A program made the translations under genes and the position numbers. Shown piece after piece: positions 8,946 to 19,320 of a stretch of DNA of 64,000 nt (position 1 is its first letter; each line of letters starts with the position of its first letter). A model generated the notes under the pieces. The model was not told where the DNA came from. It saw only the letters and a list, made by a program, of their open reading frames with translations, and did not search any database. Origin of the DNA: Promethearchaeota archaeon (GTDB lineage: Archaea > Asgardarchaeota > Thorarchaeia > Thorarchaeales > Thorarchaeaceae); contig WJMJ01000078.1 of the NCBI GenBank assembly GCA_014728035.1, forward strand, positions 128,001-192,000. The letters are read 5' to 3'.

Positions 8946-10814
8946 TTAGCGAGTTTTAATGAATAGGAGGGCAACAGTAATTCCAGCTACAGCAATTATA
9001 CCAAGCAAAATAAATATGAACTCGATAGGCATCGAAGCTGACCAATTGAAAACATATTCTCCTCTAATTGCTTTGTTATTCTCTACATCGAAAGATATTA
9101 CCCTAATATTGACTTCTGCTCCTGGGTTGGGCATGGTAACAGTATATTGATTGTTATCTAGTGTCATAAGATAAGAATATGTTCGACCATTTAGGTCGTA
9201 TTCTAGGCTTGCATTAAGCACTCCACTAGGGTCGGAAATAGTCACTGAAAAAGTTGCAGACCCTTCGGAAATAGGTTCTGTCGCTGTTGTTGTTAGCATT
9301 CCAATTCTGGGACCAACTTCATCTACGAGTTGAACATTCCGTAATATACGATTACATTTTCCCCAATCCAGAATGTTCTCCAGAAAAACGATATTATCAA
9401 ATTCTGCACTTTTCTCATAGTCGAAATTGCTAAAGAAAGTAGTACCTGTGACGATAAGTCGAAGATTTCCAATCTCTTCAATAGCAGCTAGAATAATCTG
9501 ATTGCCAAATTTACCATCTTGTACATCGTCATAGACGACTGAAATCTCAGGTGAGTTTTGATCAGTTTGATAAGCAGTTTTATCAGCATAAATTATGGGC
9601 ATAGGCGCTGAGTCGTTGATAAAATATAGACTAGATGGCGAAAAGAATGTTAAAGATTCAACATTTTCTGTAAGCCCATTACTATCTTCACTCTGCAGAA
9701 TATTGGTTAAGTCATTATAGAATGGTTGGTAGGTTCCATCCATGTATACATTGTCATCATTAACTCGAATATCAGAACCAAGCGCTTCCAATACACTATT
9801 TGTCCTTGCTATATCAACATAGGTAGAATAGTCACCACGTCCAGTAATAATGAGTGTGTTGTTTCCAGATTGTGCCCATGTTGAAATAGCAGATAATTCA
9901 GATGATGAATATGCCTCCAAAGCACATGTAATAATAAGTAAATCAACTCCAATCAAATCCATTGCAGAGATAGCGGATGTCTGCTTTCTCAATTCAAATC
10001 CATTTCTGAATAATGTTAGATTTAGTGTCGAAAGCTGGTCTTGACCTGCAACATCAATATAGTCATTATTATGAGCATAATCAACAAGTGCAACATGAGT
10101 GATTTCAGTTGAGATATCAGGAGGCTCAAAATCTTGGATTATAGTATAGAATAAGGAAACACATCCATTGATTGCCATGGATAAGCAATCTTCAGTGATG
10201 GATTTTATGGAGGGATTTGTCATTATAGCGGTTGATTCTTCAGATGGGTATGCAGAAACAATTTCATCATAGTATTGATGAGAATATGTTGCACAATCTA
10301 CTACTAGTTGTGAAATATTCTGAATTTCCACCTCGCTTGTTTCTTCAAGGATAAAATCATCAAGATGATTGTTGATATCAGTTTCATAACCACTATGTCC
10401 ATCCCAATAATCCCCCGTATGGACTGGAATGCAGGGATCACTAAAATAGTGAGTCATTACGCCCAATGCAACAAATCCATCAACCCAGTTATCCATAGAA
10501 AAATTCGCAACAGTGTAATCAAAATATGTCTTAGCCGCATCAGGGGCGGTATACTCACCTGTTTCAGGATAATATAGATGATTATCCCAGTCCTGCCATG
10601 CAACATCTGGCAATACACAACCACTGAGCAGTTCTGGGGCATAAAACTCGAAAACATTTCTCCATGTACTGTTAGAGATATCATTCAAAGATTCGGAAAG
10701 GATGAATCTATGAGTATCATGTCCCCAAGCCGCAGCAGGAGTTGGTCCAAGTACGCCAACTCCAATAAACAGGGGCACTGTAAGTAGGATGATGATAATG
10801 GAGGAACGTTTCAT
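8946..10814 (-). CDS. Membrane-anchored Zn-dependent phospholipase C / S1-P1 nuclease family protein with a GATase-like (DUF4350-type) domain
   Basis: Signal peptide then AA^WGHDTH, LPD, NH, THYFSD..PVH, HSGYE Zn ligands; second domain VDYAHNND..FFSPSSL..GTTFFSNFD; C-terminal TM plus basic tail. Confidence 0.75.
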   Translation of the reverse strand: MKRSSIIIILLTVPLFIGVGVLGPTPAAAWGHDTHRFILSESLNDISNSTWRNVFEFYAPELLSGCVLPDVAWQDWDNHLYYPETGEYTAPDAAKTYFDYTVANFSMDNWVDGFVALGVMTHYFSDPCIPVHTGDYWDGHSGYETDINNHLDDFILEETSEVEIQNISQLVVDCATYSHQYYDEIVSAYPSEESTAIMTNPSIKSITEDCLSMAINGCVSLFYTIIQDFEPPDISTEITHVALVDYAHNNDYIDVAGQDQLSTLNLTLFRNGFELRKQTSAISAMDLIGVDLLIITCALEAYSSSELSAISTWAQSGNNTLIITGRGDYSTYVDIARTNSVLEALGSDIRVNDDNVYMDGTYQPFYNDLTNILQSEDSNGLTENVESLTFFSPSSLYFINDSAPMPIIYADKTAYQTDQNSPEISVVYDDVQDGKFGNQIILAAIEEIGNLRLIVTGTTFFSNFDYEKSAEFDNIVFLENILDWGKCNRILRNVQLVDEVGPRIGMLTTTATEPISEGSATFSVTISDPSGVLNASLEYDLNGRTYSYLMTLDNNQYTVTMPNPGAEVNIRVISFDVENNKAIRGEYVFNWSASMPIEFIFILLGIIAVAGITVALLFIKTR

Positions 10815-10866
10815 GTGGTTTCTTATACAGCCAGACAATTAAATAATTTGTTAAAAAGAAGAGATG

Positions 10867-10886
10867 AGGTGCAGAAAACTGCACCT
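10867..10886 (-). terminator. Hairpin between the surface-protein genes
   Basis: AGGTGCAG-AAAA-CTGCACCT with A/T tracts on both sides. Confidence 0.5.
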
Positions 10887-10894
10887 TTTTCATA

Positions 10895-13297
10895 TTACTT
10901 TTTCATGTGTTTGAGATAAATCACTACAACAACTACTACTGCAACAGCACCTATTCCTACGACAATTAGTAATATAGGAGGTACCGGCAATCCTTGCTGT
11001 ACAGTGTAAGTTGTAGTTAGTGTGTATATTCTGCCCATATAATCCGTTATATCCACAGATATCTCAAGTTGAGCACCAGTAATCAGTCCATCAATTTGGC
11101 CCACAAGATAGTCAGGATTGATTTTAAGATTAACAGATTGTTCAATGCCTCCTCCATCAGTGTACCTTAGAACAGCTTGACGAATCAAATTATAGTCTCT
11201 TCTGCTAGCAGGTACTGAAATAGCGACAGATGTTCCAAACAAATCCACACTTTCTGAGAATTCGATAGCATCAACATATCCCCCTAATCTGAGAAGGACT
11301 GGAGTGAGGTTACCAAAGTCAGTAAAATTATAGATACTAACTACTAATTCAGTATATCCATTTCCGGTTATCTCCGCTGTGCGGGTTACATCGGAACTTG
11401 ATGAAACAGGAATAGTAGTTTCAATAGGGTCTGATGTTATGGTCATATGGCTTTTTCTCAAAACAGAGGTTTCAAGAGAAAGGCTGGAATCCAAGTTGTT
11501 TGTAAACGAAAGAACTAGGTCAAAAGTGGCATCCTCTTCAAACACAAAACTGGATGGTTCTGTGACCTCAAGATTAACTCCCAACGCATCAGAAGATTGT
11601 GCAGTCATACTGAATTGAAGAGAGCGTGAGATACTCATCATGGAATAAGCTTGTTCTGCCCAAGAGAGATATAATCGAGCTAGTCCTAGAGACGCACCAT
11701 TCGATTCCTCTTGTTCGATTGTGCTAGTGGCAGATTCAATACTGGATTCTGCTTCTTCCTCAAGTGCTAACCATCTATCAACCCATACTTTCTTCCCGTA
11801 AATCATCGAATTGATTTTATCAATTATTACAACACGACTGTTTACTACAGCATCAACAATGTCAGCGTCACTTAGAGTACCGTTAGGGCCTGAAGGGGTT
11901 TCAACAAATATGGCATTCATAATTTGGTCCATATCCCATCTGCTATGAAAGTCTGCTGCACCCATGAAAGGCTTAGTAAAGCCATCCTCTCCAGCACCAT
12001 AGAAGAAGCCAGAATTGTCAACTTCTATGAAATCATATCCATAAGTATCATAATCCTCATAGACGACCGCATAAGTTGCTGCAATTGTTGGATGACATAG
12101 ACCAATAATGGCACTTTGACTATGAGCACCATTTACCATTTGTTGTTGACTTGCTGTATACACATTTTCAGTCAATGGAAAAGCAGCAGAATGAATTCCT
12201 CGTGATAGCTCTGCACCCAGAACCACTTTTATGTCAAGACCATTTTCCTGGGCAATCTCTCTAATTTCCTCAGCACCTGTGATACCATCTGTTTCAGTTG
12301 GACTATCATAGGAGTGATCAGTTGGTATAATGAAATCAATAGAATAAATCATTGCCGAGTAGAGTACATCAGCGGGTGCATGTTGACCATCACTATGTGT
12401 AGTATGTTCATGATAAATTCCAGTGAACAATTCATACGACTCGACCTCTGCTGGCGACAAGTCGGGACCACTACCAGCGTAGATAACGTTTCTTTCGGGA
12501 ATAGTGGCTGCTCGTTCAGGATTATTACTGAGCCAATCGATAACATTTACTGAAAACTGATGGTGATCATAGTGCGACTCTAACAGATTTGTTTTCTCAT
12601 AATACATTAGAAATGGGGCAAGTGAACCTACAGCAACAATTCGGCCAGAGCCAGATGTTGAAACTGCAACAATAGAGTCACCTTCATCTTGAATGATAGA
12701 AGTAGCAGAACCAGATACAGAAAGTGTACAACCTGCATGTTGACCCGAGTTAGAATGAATCGATGTCATATTATGAGTAACATGATGATCTTCCAAATCA
12801 GTTGCAGTTCCAGTCCATTTATCTAGTTGGAATAAAATTCCATATTGCTCAGAAATAGGATTGAGATTTTGAGGAGAATATTGCCAAGAGCTACTCTCTT
12901 CCTCAATTCCCACTAATAGCAATCCCCCACCATTGTCTACAAAATCATGAACCGCCGTTACTTCATTCGTATCCAATGCAATTTGTGGAAAGAATAAAAC
13001 AAGTACATCATAAGTTGCAAGAAGAGATGAATCAATTGTTTTATTGAAATTCGTATCGGAACTGTATCCATTTGTTTCCAATAGTGAGCTAAACAAAGAT
13101 GCATTTGCAGGAGTCCATAACGCGCTCCCAGCGTCGGTGTGTGACTCGTCGATTAAAATAGTCGTGCTAACAAAGGTTTGAGATGGTGTTGTTACATCCT
13201 TATAGGACGGATTGAGATTTTGAGAGGGATAAGCTAATGGAGCCAAAATCAGAAAAGAGAAAAAAAATCCAGCTAGGAGTATCTTTTTTGAAATCAT
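10895..13297 (-). CDS. Membrane-anchored protein with GATase-like (DUF4350-type) domain and PHP-family phosphoesterase domain
   Basis: Signal peptide; ILIDESH...FVDNGGGLLLVG...GSGRIVAVG; PHP motifs HEHTTHSDG, TDH, GAELS, CHP, ADFH; C-terminal TM plus KHMKK. Confidence 0.75.
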   Translation of the reverse strand: MISKKILLAGFFFSFLILAPLAYPSQNLNPSYKDVTTPSQTFVSTTILIDESHTDAGSALWTPANASLFSSLLETNGYSSDTNFNKTIDSSLLATYDVLVLFFPQIALDTNEVTAVHDFVDNGGGLLLVGIEEESSSWQYSPQNLNPISEQYGILFQLDKWTGTATDLEDHHVTHNMTSIHSNSGQHAGCTLSVSGSATSIIQDEGDSIVAVSTSGSGRIVAVGSLAPFLMYYEKTNLLESHYDHHQFSVNVIDWLSNNPERAATIPERNVIYAGSGPDLSPAEVESYELFTGIYHEHTTHSDGQHAPADVLYSAMIYSIDFIIPTDHSYDSPTETDGITGAEEIREIAQENGLDIKVVLGAELSRGIHSAAFPLTENVYTASQQQMVNGAHSQSAIIGLCHPTIAATYAVVYEDYDTYGYDFIEVDNSGFFYGAGEDGFTKPFMGAADFHSRWDMDQIMNAIFVETPSGPNGTLSDADIVDAVVNSRVVIIDKINSMIYGKKVWVDRWLALEEEAESSIESATSTIEQEESNGASLGLARLYLSWAEQAYSMMSISRSLQFSMTAQSSDALGVNLEVTEPSSFVFEEDATFDLVLSFTNNLDSSLSLETSVLRKSHMTITSDPIETTIPVSSSSDVTRTAEITGNGYTELVVSIYNFTDFGNLTPVLLRLGGYVDAIEFSESVDLFGTSVAISVPASRRDYNLIRQAVLRYTDGGGIEQSVNLKINPDYLVGQIDGLITGAQLEISVDITDYMGRIYTLTTTYTVQQGLPVPPILLIVVGIGAVAVVVVVVIYLKHMKK

Positions 13298-13386
13298 AAT
13301 TCACAACCTTCTGTAACTAATAGACGGAGAACTATCTCATAAACAGTTGGTTTTGTGAGAAAAAAAAGGGGAAATGAAGAAGTATA

Positions 13387-14427
13387 CTACTTCTTCATAA
13401 TAAATCCAATCATTATTACAATAACCACTACAGCACCAATAATACCAATAATAGGTATCAAATTAAGTGGTGGTACAGGTTCGTATGTTGGAGCTAATTG
13501 CATTCCCCAATCAATGGCCTGTCTAACCAATTTGAATCCATTTAGAGTGACATTGTAGTACTCGCTATTGAACATTGGCTGATAATCGCCATATGGAGAT
13601 GCTCCAGAAACAGCGATGATACCTGCTTGATGAGATCCAGCCATGACTTCAACAGTCATTGCTACAAAGTCACCTGTTGTGTCAACAGTGTGAGCTACTG
13701 GAGGGACATCATCAGGATTAACAATCTTAGCATTTTCGCTGTATTGAGATACTATGTAGACATTTGGTATACTTGTAGTTCGAAGATCAACTGGGCCAGC
13801 CCCTTCTGCGCCACCTGTTGCACCATAGAGACAAGTTGGACCATGAAAGAGTGTAGCATTTACATCAGCAGTAATATTTTCTACAAACTCTGCGTCACTG
13901 TAACCTGTTGCAACTGGACGGTAAGGTGCCTCACAGTTTGAAACTGGATCCTCAACTGAGCATTGTTCTGGATATACATGTGATCCGACAGCAGTCAGAA
14001 TCTTTGACATATTGGCATTTATGTATGCACCAGAAAAGTCAGAATCAGCACCAATCCAAAGGAATTTGTTACCAGGATTGAACCAATCAGAGATTGCTTG
14101 AACCTCTGCATCGGAAAATGTATATTCATCACCATAGATGGATCCAATAATCAATCCTTCAGCACTTGCAAGTATCGTGTCATTGATTCCTCCAAAAGCC
14201 CAAATAACTTCATAGCCTTTAGCTTCAAGCCAGAATTGCAATTCTGCATCTTGACCTGTAAAAATAAAGTCACTGTACTGCCCATGGCTCATATCAAAGA
14301 CAATAGTCCCTGAAGTGGATTGGGCCTGTACATGGGTTGGAGTGAAACCAATTAACACATATGGAGCAAATAATGCCATGATAACAAGTATCGAGGCAAA
14401 TTTGCGTGAATTGTTTCCTACTCTCAT
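13387..14427 (-). CDS. Membrane-anchored GATase-like (DUF4350-type) surface protein
   Basis: Signal peptide, IVFDMSHGQY, LFHGPT, VSGASPYGDY, C-terminal TM plus MKK. Confidence 0.65.
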   Translation of the reverse strand: MRVGNNSRKFASILVIMALFAPYVLIGFTPTHVQAQSTSGTIVFDMSHGQYSDFIFTGQDAELQFWLEAKGYEVIWAFGGINDTILASAEGLIIGSIYGDEYTFSDAEVQAISDWFNPGNKFLWIGADSDFSGAYINANMSKILTAVGSHVYPEQCSVEDPVSNCEAPYRPVATGYSDAEFVENITADVNATLFHGPTCLYGATGGAEGAGPVDLRTTSIPNVYIVSQYSENAKIVNPDDVPPVAHTVDTTGDFVAMTVEVMAGSHQAGIIAVSGASPYGDYQPMFNSEYYNVTLNGFKLVRQAIDWGMQLAPTYEPVPPLNLIPIIGIIGAVVVIVIMIGFIMKK

Positions 14428-14700
14428 TGTTTCTTTCTCCTCGTTAGTCCTCCGGACATCGAGAGGGATATCTAAACAAAATCCATCCAAGTATTTAGAC
14501 CTTTGGGATAGATTATGTAACGAGTACCTAACGATGATACTAATACAATTATAGTTCCTTATAACACCATCATATAATTCGGAAATGTATCAAGTGCAAG
14601 ACTTGACTTTCCAAAGTATTAATATTTAGTACTGTTTATTTTTTGACCTAGTTAATCTTGATTTGGTTTCACCAATGGAATCTGGTGTGATCTAACAAGA

Positions 14701-16137
14701 GTGGTGAAAAAAATGGCGTCAGAGTTCGAATCTGGACGAGATATGACAAAGATTTTTGCAGCTGTTGCAGTTATTGCAGTGATTGGCATTGCGGGAATTG
14801 CTATTGTGATGTTTTCTACACCTAATCAGGTAGATTACAGCACCTTGACAATTTTGACGCGTCATGACACTGCGATTCATCAAGCATATGAAACTGCATT
14901 TCTTGCTTCTGAACAGGCGCAAGAAGCTGGCATTGAAGACATTGTATGGAAAACACAACAAGCACAATTTTGGGATACAGTCATAGATGCTGGAGGCATA
15001 GATGTTCTTTGGGGAGGCGGACCCACTATATTCGATCAACAGGTCCGTAATGACAATCTGGAGCCCCTTACAAGCGAGAACGTATCGACAATAGTAGAAA
15101 GAATTCCTGATGAGATTGCAGGAGCAAGCATGAAAAGAACCAATGATAATGGAGACGTGGTATGGGTTGCTGCAGCTATATCTTCTTTTGGTTTTACTGT
15201 AAATCATAACTTCCTTGATACATATGGTCTACCGACACCAAACAACTGGACTCATCTAGCTCAACCAATTTGGGGTTCAATTCTACCAACTGCAACCATC
15301 GCGATGGGTAATGCACCTAAAACCACCTCTAATACACGAATCTATGAGATTATAACTCAAGGAATGGGATGGGATGCAGGTTGGCAGACCATGGCTCGAA
15401 TGGTAGGTAGTTCAAACCTCTATCAGGGTTCAGTTGAAACACAAGCTGCCGCAGAAAGTGGAGAAGTAGGGGTTTCAATGTCAATTGACTTTTATGGATA
15501 TTCCACACAAAAACAGAACCCATATTGTGAATATATTCTTCCTGAGAATGAGACCATTGTGAATGGAGACCCAATTGCAATTGTAAAAGACACTCCAAAG
15601 ATGGCACAAGCTGAAGCATTTCTAGACTATGTTCTATCTCCAGAAGGTCAGGCAATCTGGTTCTCTGAAGGGATAAACAGAATGCCAGTCCTAGAGGAGG
15701 CATTTCTAACTGAAACAGGACAAGAAAACACAGACCTCTACAGTCTATTTAATCAAACCTTAGAGAATCAAGGCATTGATTTCAATGACTCTCTATCACT
15801 TGAAATTAATTCAGCATTCACTGCTTATTTTGAAGCTGTCTTTAATGATCCCCATGACGACCTTGTAGATGTTTGGCAAGCTATAGTGGAAGCATACGAT
15901 AACTCTCAGCTTAATGAGAGTATGTTCGAGTATTTTTCCAATAAGATTGGTGACCCAGTCACTATCGAATACGAAGGAGAGAACCGAAAAGTCACCATTG
16001 AGTTCTGTAAAGAGATCAATGACGATATGGCAAGTAGTCCATCATTCTATTCAAGCATGCAAAATCTATGGACAAATGCAGCAGTGTCCCAGTATGATGC
16101 TATACTGACAGAGCTGAATAACTTCCTAACATCATAA
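14701..16137 (+). CDS. ABC transporter substrate-binding protein (AfuA/FbpA-like clade)
   Basis: N-terminal TM anchor; DVLWGGG, SIDFYG, NGDPIAI, AFLDYVLSPEGQ. Confidence 0.85.
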   Translation: MVKKMASEFESGRDMTKIFAAVAVIAVIGIAGIAIVMFSTPNQVDYSTLTILTRHDTAIHQAYETAFLASEQAQEAGIEDIVWKTQQAQFWDTVIDAGGIDVLWGGGPTIFDQQVRNDNLEPLTSENVSTIVERIPDEIAGASMKRTNDNGDVVWVAAAISSFGFTVNHNFLDTYGLPTPNNWTHLAQPIWGSILPTATIAMGNAPKTTSNTRIYEIITQGMGWDAGWQTMARMVGSSNLYQGSVETQAAAESGEVGVSMSIDFYGYSTQKQNPYCEYILPENETIVNGDPIAIVKDTPKMAQAEAFLDYVLSPEGQAIWFSEGINRMPVLEEAFLTETGQENTDLYSLFNQTLENQGIDFNDSLSLEINSAFTAYFEAVFNDPHDDLVDVWQAIVEAYDNSQLNESMFEYFSNKIGDPVTIEYEGENRKVTIEFCKEINDDMASSPSFYSSMQNLWTNAAVSQYDAILTELNNFLTS

Positions 16138-16152
16138 AAGAACTAATAGGAT

Positions 16153-18171
16153 GTGAACGATGTGGATCAAGTTTCCGAACAAAAACAACTTGCCAATGAG
16201 GAGTTTGAGGAAGTTCCCAATCCACTCGTTGGCATCCTTCTTTCTATTTTTGGAGCTTTTATTGGATTCTTCAAATCCATCGGTCGTGCAATCAAAGGAG
16301 CGGGACGATGGATATTCAACTTCTTCAAAGGAATTATTGCGTTTATTAAAAACCCACTTGAGAGATTAGAGGCAGTTTATGACAAATTACGTCGTGAAAT
16401 CGACTATCTCGTAGGAATTCAACTTGTTATAGTGGTTACCGTTTTTGGATTGTTTCTGGTAGCACCTCTTCTAAGTGTGGTATGGAGTTCATTTTTCAAT
16501 GAATATGGATTCACATTGGAATATTTTGAAAATATCTTTTCAAGTAGATCATTTATTCCTTCCTTTCCTTTGGATTTCGATTTTCTTTATTTTAATGAGA
16601 GTACACAAACATTGGAAATATCTGGCATTGATATGGGAGCAATTCTAAACTCAATATTTGTTGGAATTGCAACAACTATAATATCCGTCTTGTTGGGAAC
16701 ATTCTTCGCATTCCTAGTAGCCAGATATGAATTCCCCGGAAAATCCATTCTTCGTACGTTACTTCTCTTTCCTATGCTTTCTACACCATTTATTGGTGCA
16801 ATTGGAATCAAATATTTCATGGCTGGAGATGGTTATCTCAATCAATTAGCTGGTGCATTCTTTGGCATTTTTGGCCTTGGCTGGACAAAAATTGAATTCA
16901 GTGGACTTGCCGCCATCATTGTTGTTCAAGGCCTATCATTATTCTCATTAGTTTACCTGAATGCTTATTCATCCTTCATGAGTATAGATCCATCCTTGGA
17001 AGAACAAGCTGAAAATCTAGGCGCAACCGGATTTCAGCTATTTCGTTCAGTAACGTTGCCTCTTGCAGTCCCTGGAATACAAGCGGGTGCAATTCTTACA
17101 TTTATTCTAAGCATTGAAGATTTAGGGACACCCATTGTTTTCGCCGAACAAAACCAAGTTCGCAATTTGCTCGCCTTTCAAGTATTTGACAATATTACTG
17201 CAGAAAGTGGAACAATCAGTCCTATTGGTCCTGCAATAGGTGTTATGCTTCTAGTTCTTTCAATGGCTGGATTCTTGGCAATACGAAAGTATGCCTCTTT
17301 GAGAAGCTATACAGCAGGAAGCAAGGGAGGACAATGGAACCCCAGAACCAGAACCATTAGTCCACAAGCAACAATTCTTCTTTATATTATTGTCATTCCT
17401 TTACTATTCTTTGCCCTCATTCCACAGATCAGTGTCATTTGGCTTTCACTAGCTCAATATCGGGGTGAACTCTTTCCACCCATGAGTCTTAATCACTACA
17501 TGGTACTCGGTGATGTAGATATCCAAGGTGCAATTACACGAACTTTGGGTTACGCAGGTATTGCTACGCTATTCTGTGTTATCCTAGGAGTGTTTGCAGC
17601 TTATATAATATCGCGAAAAGATATCCCTGGAAAAACTGCTCTAGACATGTTAGTAACATCACCCATTGCTTTACCAGGAATAGTTATAGCTGCTGGATAT
17701 TTCAATCTCTATTATACAACTCCTATATTTCCAGCCGACTGGCCGATGTTTCTCATAATCATGTCATTTACCGTTAGGAAATTTCCATTTACCGTAAGGG
17801 CTGCGTTTGCAGGACTTCAACAGACCCCAGTAGCTTTGGAGGAGGCGTCTTTGAACATGGGGGCAAGTAAAAATGCAACCTTTGCTCGGATAGTCGTACC
17901 ACTAATTGGGGTGAGTGTGCTAGCAGGTGGACTGCTTTCGTTCATCTATTCGGTTAGTGAGGTTAGTACAGCATTAATACTGGGTGGTGCAAATTACGGT
18001 CAAGCACCGTTTACATATTGGATTAAGGAAGTCTATGAGGGTTTGCCTCCAGATTATGGAGCAGGTCCTGCAGCCGCTCTGGGAGTTATAATGATGCTTA
18101 TGCAAATGGCTGTGATAACTATAACAAATGCAATACTGAAGACACGGGCTTCAGCGATGACAGGAATCTAG
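16153..18171 (+). CDS. ABC transporter permease with two fused TM domains (AfuB/FbpB-like)
   Basis: Two EAA loops (LEEQAENLGA and LEEASLNMGA). Confidence 0.9.
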   Translation: MNDVDQVSEQKQLANEEFEEVPNPLVGILLSIFGAFIGFFKSIGRAIKGAGRWIFNFFKGIIAFIKNPLERLEAVYDKLRREIDYLVGIQLVIVVTVFGLFLVAPLLSVVWSSFFNEYGFTLEYFENIFSSRSFIPSFPLDFDFLYFNESTQTLEISGIDMGAILNSIFVGIATTIISVLLGTFFAFLVARYEFPGKSILRTLLLFPMLSTPFIGAIGIKYFMAGDGYLNQLAGAFFGIFGLGWTKIEFSGLAAIIVVQGLSLFSLVYLNAYSSFMSIDPSLEEQAENLGATGFQLFRSVTLPLAVPGIQAGAILTFILSIEDLGTPIVFAEQNQVRNLLAFQVFDNITAESGTISPIGPAIGVMLLVLSMAGFLAIRKYASLRSYTAGSKGGQWNPRTRTISPQATILLYIIVIPLLFFALIPQISVIWLSLAQYRGELFPPMSLNHYMVLGDVDIQGAITRTLGYAGIATLFCVILGVFAAYIISRKDIPGKTALDMLVTSPIALPGIVIAAGYFNLYYTTPIFPADWPMFLIIMSFTVRKFPFTVRAAFAGLQQTPVALEEASLNMGASKNATFARIVVPLIGVSVLAGGLLSFIYSVSEVSTALILGGANYGQAPFTYWIKEVYEGLPPDYGAGPAAALGVIMMLMQMAVITITNAILKTRASAMTGI

Positions 18172-18174
18172 GAA

Positions 18175-19320
18175 GTGAAAAACATGGTAACAATACACAT
18201 AGAAAAGGTCCGTAAAACATTTGGTGAAGTCGTTGCTACAGATGACGTGAACATGGACCTTCAAGATGGAAAACTATCCACTCTTCTCGGCCCTTCAGGA
18301 TGCGGGAAGACTACACTATTACGACTCATTGCTGGTTTTTATGAACCGGATTATGGGCGCATTTACTTTGACGACCTTGATGTAACAGATATTCCACCAA
18401 ATAAGCGGAATACAGGAATGTGTTTCCAGAACTATGCTCTTTGGCCTCATATGACTGTGTTTGATAACATTGCATATGGACTAAAAATGAAACGTGTTGA
18501 TGGAATGAAATACACTCAGGCTGCAATTAAACGAAGAGTCAAGGATGCATTGGAGCTGGTAAGAATGCAGGGACTTGGCGATCGAACACCTCATCAGCTA
18601 AGTGGAGGTCAACAGCAAAGAGTTGCTCTTGCTAGAGCTCTTGTAATCGAACCAGATGTATTATTGCTTGATGAGCCACTATCAAATCTGGACGCGAAAC
18701 TGAGAAATGAAATGAGAGAAGAAATACTCAGAATTCAAGGTGAATTAGGAATAACTACAGTATACGTTACACACGATCAAGTCGAGGCCTTGAGTATTTC
18801 AGATATGGTTGCAGTAATGGAAAAAGGATATATCCAACAATATGGGCCACCTAGAGAGATTTATGCTAAGCCACAGACACTTTTCGTAGCCGATTTCATT
18901 GGAAAATGTACTTTCTTCGACGGAATAATTCATTCAATTGGCCAAGACTACCTCACCGTTGAATTAACTGACGGGCAGAAAGTTAGCGGTAGAACGCCCA
19001 TTGAAGGATACCCATTTGAAGAAGGCGAATCTGTACGATGTGCTGTACGTCCTGAGGATTTGTTCTTAGAATCAACAGATCCAAAAAACAACGAAATCTC
19101 TGGAGATGTCTTCCAAGTTGTTTACATTGGTAGTAATGTTGAAGTATTCTTCCATGTTGGAGAAACCTCTGCAGTAGCCTTGTTATCACCAGATGTGAAA
19201 GTAAGTGAGGGAGAAAAAATTGAACTCTATGCACCTCGTTCTGATGTGATGATTCTCCCATTGGGTGGTGTTGACGCTCTACGAAAAATACCTGGGCATC
19301 CGTTGTATTCACAAGATTAG
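18175..19320 (+). CDS. ABC transporter ATP-binding protein (PotA/FbpC-like, with TOBE domain)
   Basis: GPSGCGKT, LSGGQQQR, LLLDEPLSNLD, VTHDQ. Confidence 0.95.
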   Translation: MKNMVTIHIEKVRKTFGEVVATDDVNMDLQDGKLSTLLGPSGCGKTTLLRLIAGFYEPDYGRIYFDDLDVTDIPPNKRNTGMCFQNYALWPHMTVFDNIAYGLKMKRVDGMKYTQAAIKRRVKDALELVRMQGLGDRTPHQLSGGQQQRVALARALVIEPDVLLLDEPLSNLDAKLRNEMREEILRIQGELGITTVYVTHDQVEALSISDMVAVMEKGYIQQYGPPREIYAKPQTLFVADFIGKCTFFDGIIHSIGQDYLTVELTDGQKVSGRTPIEGYPFEEGESVRCAVRPEDLFLESTDPKNNEISGDVFQVVYIGSNVEVFFHVGETSAVALLSPDVKVSEGEKIELYAPRSDVMILPLGGVDALRKIPGHPLYSQD

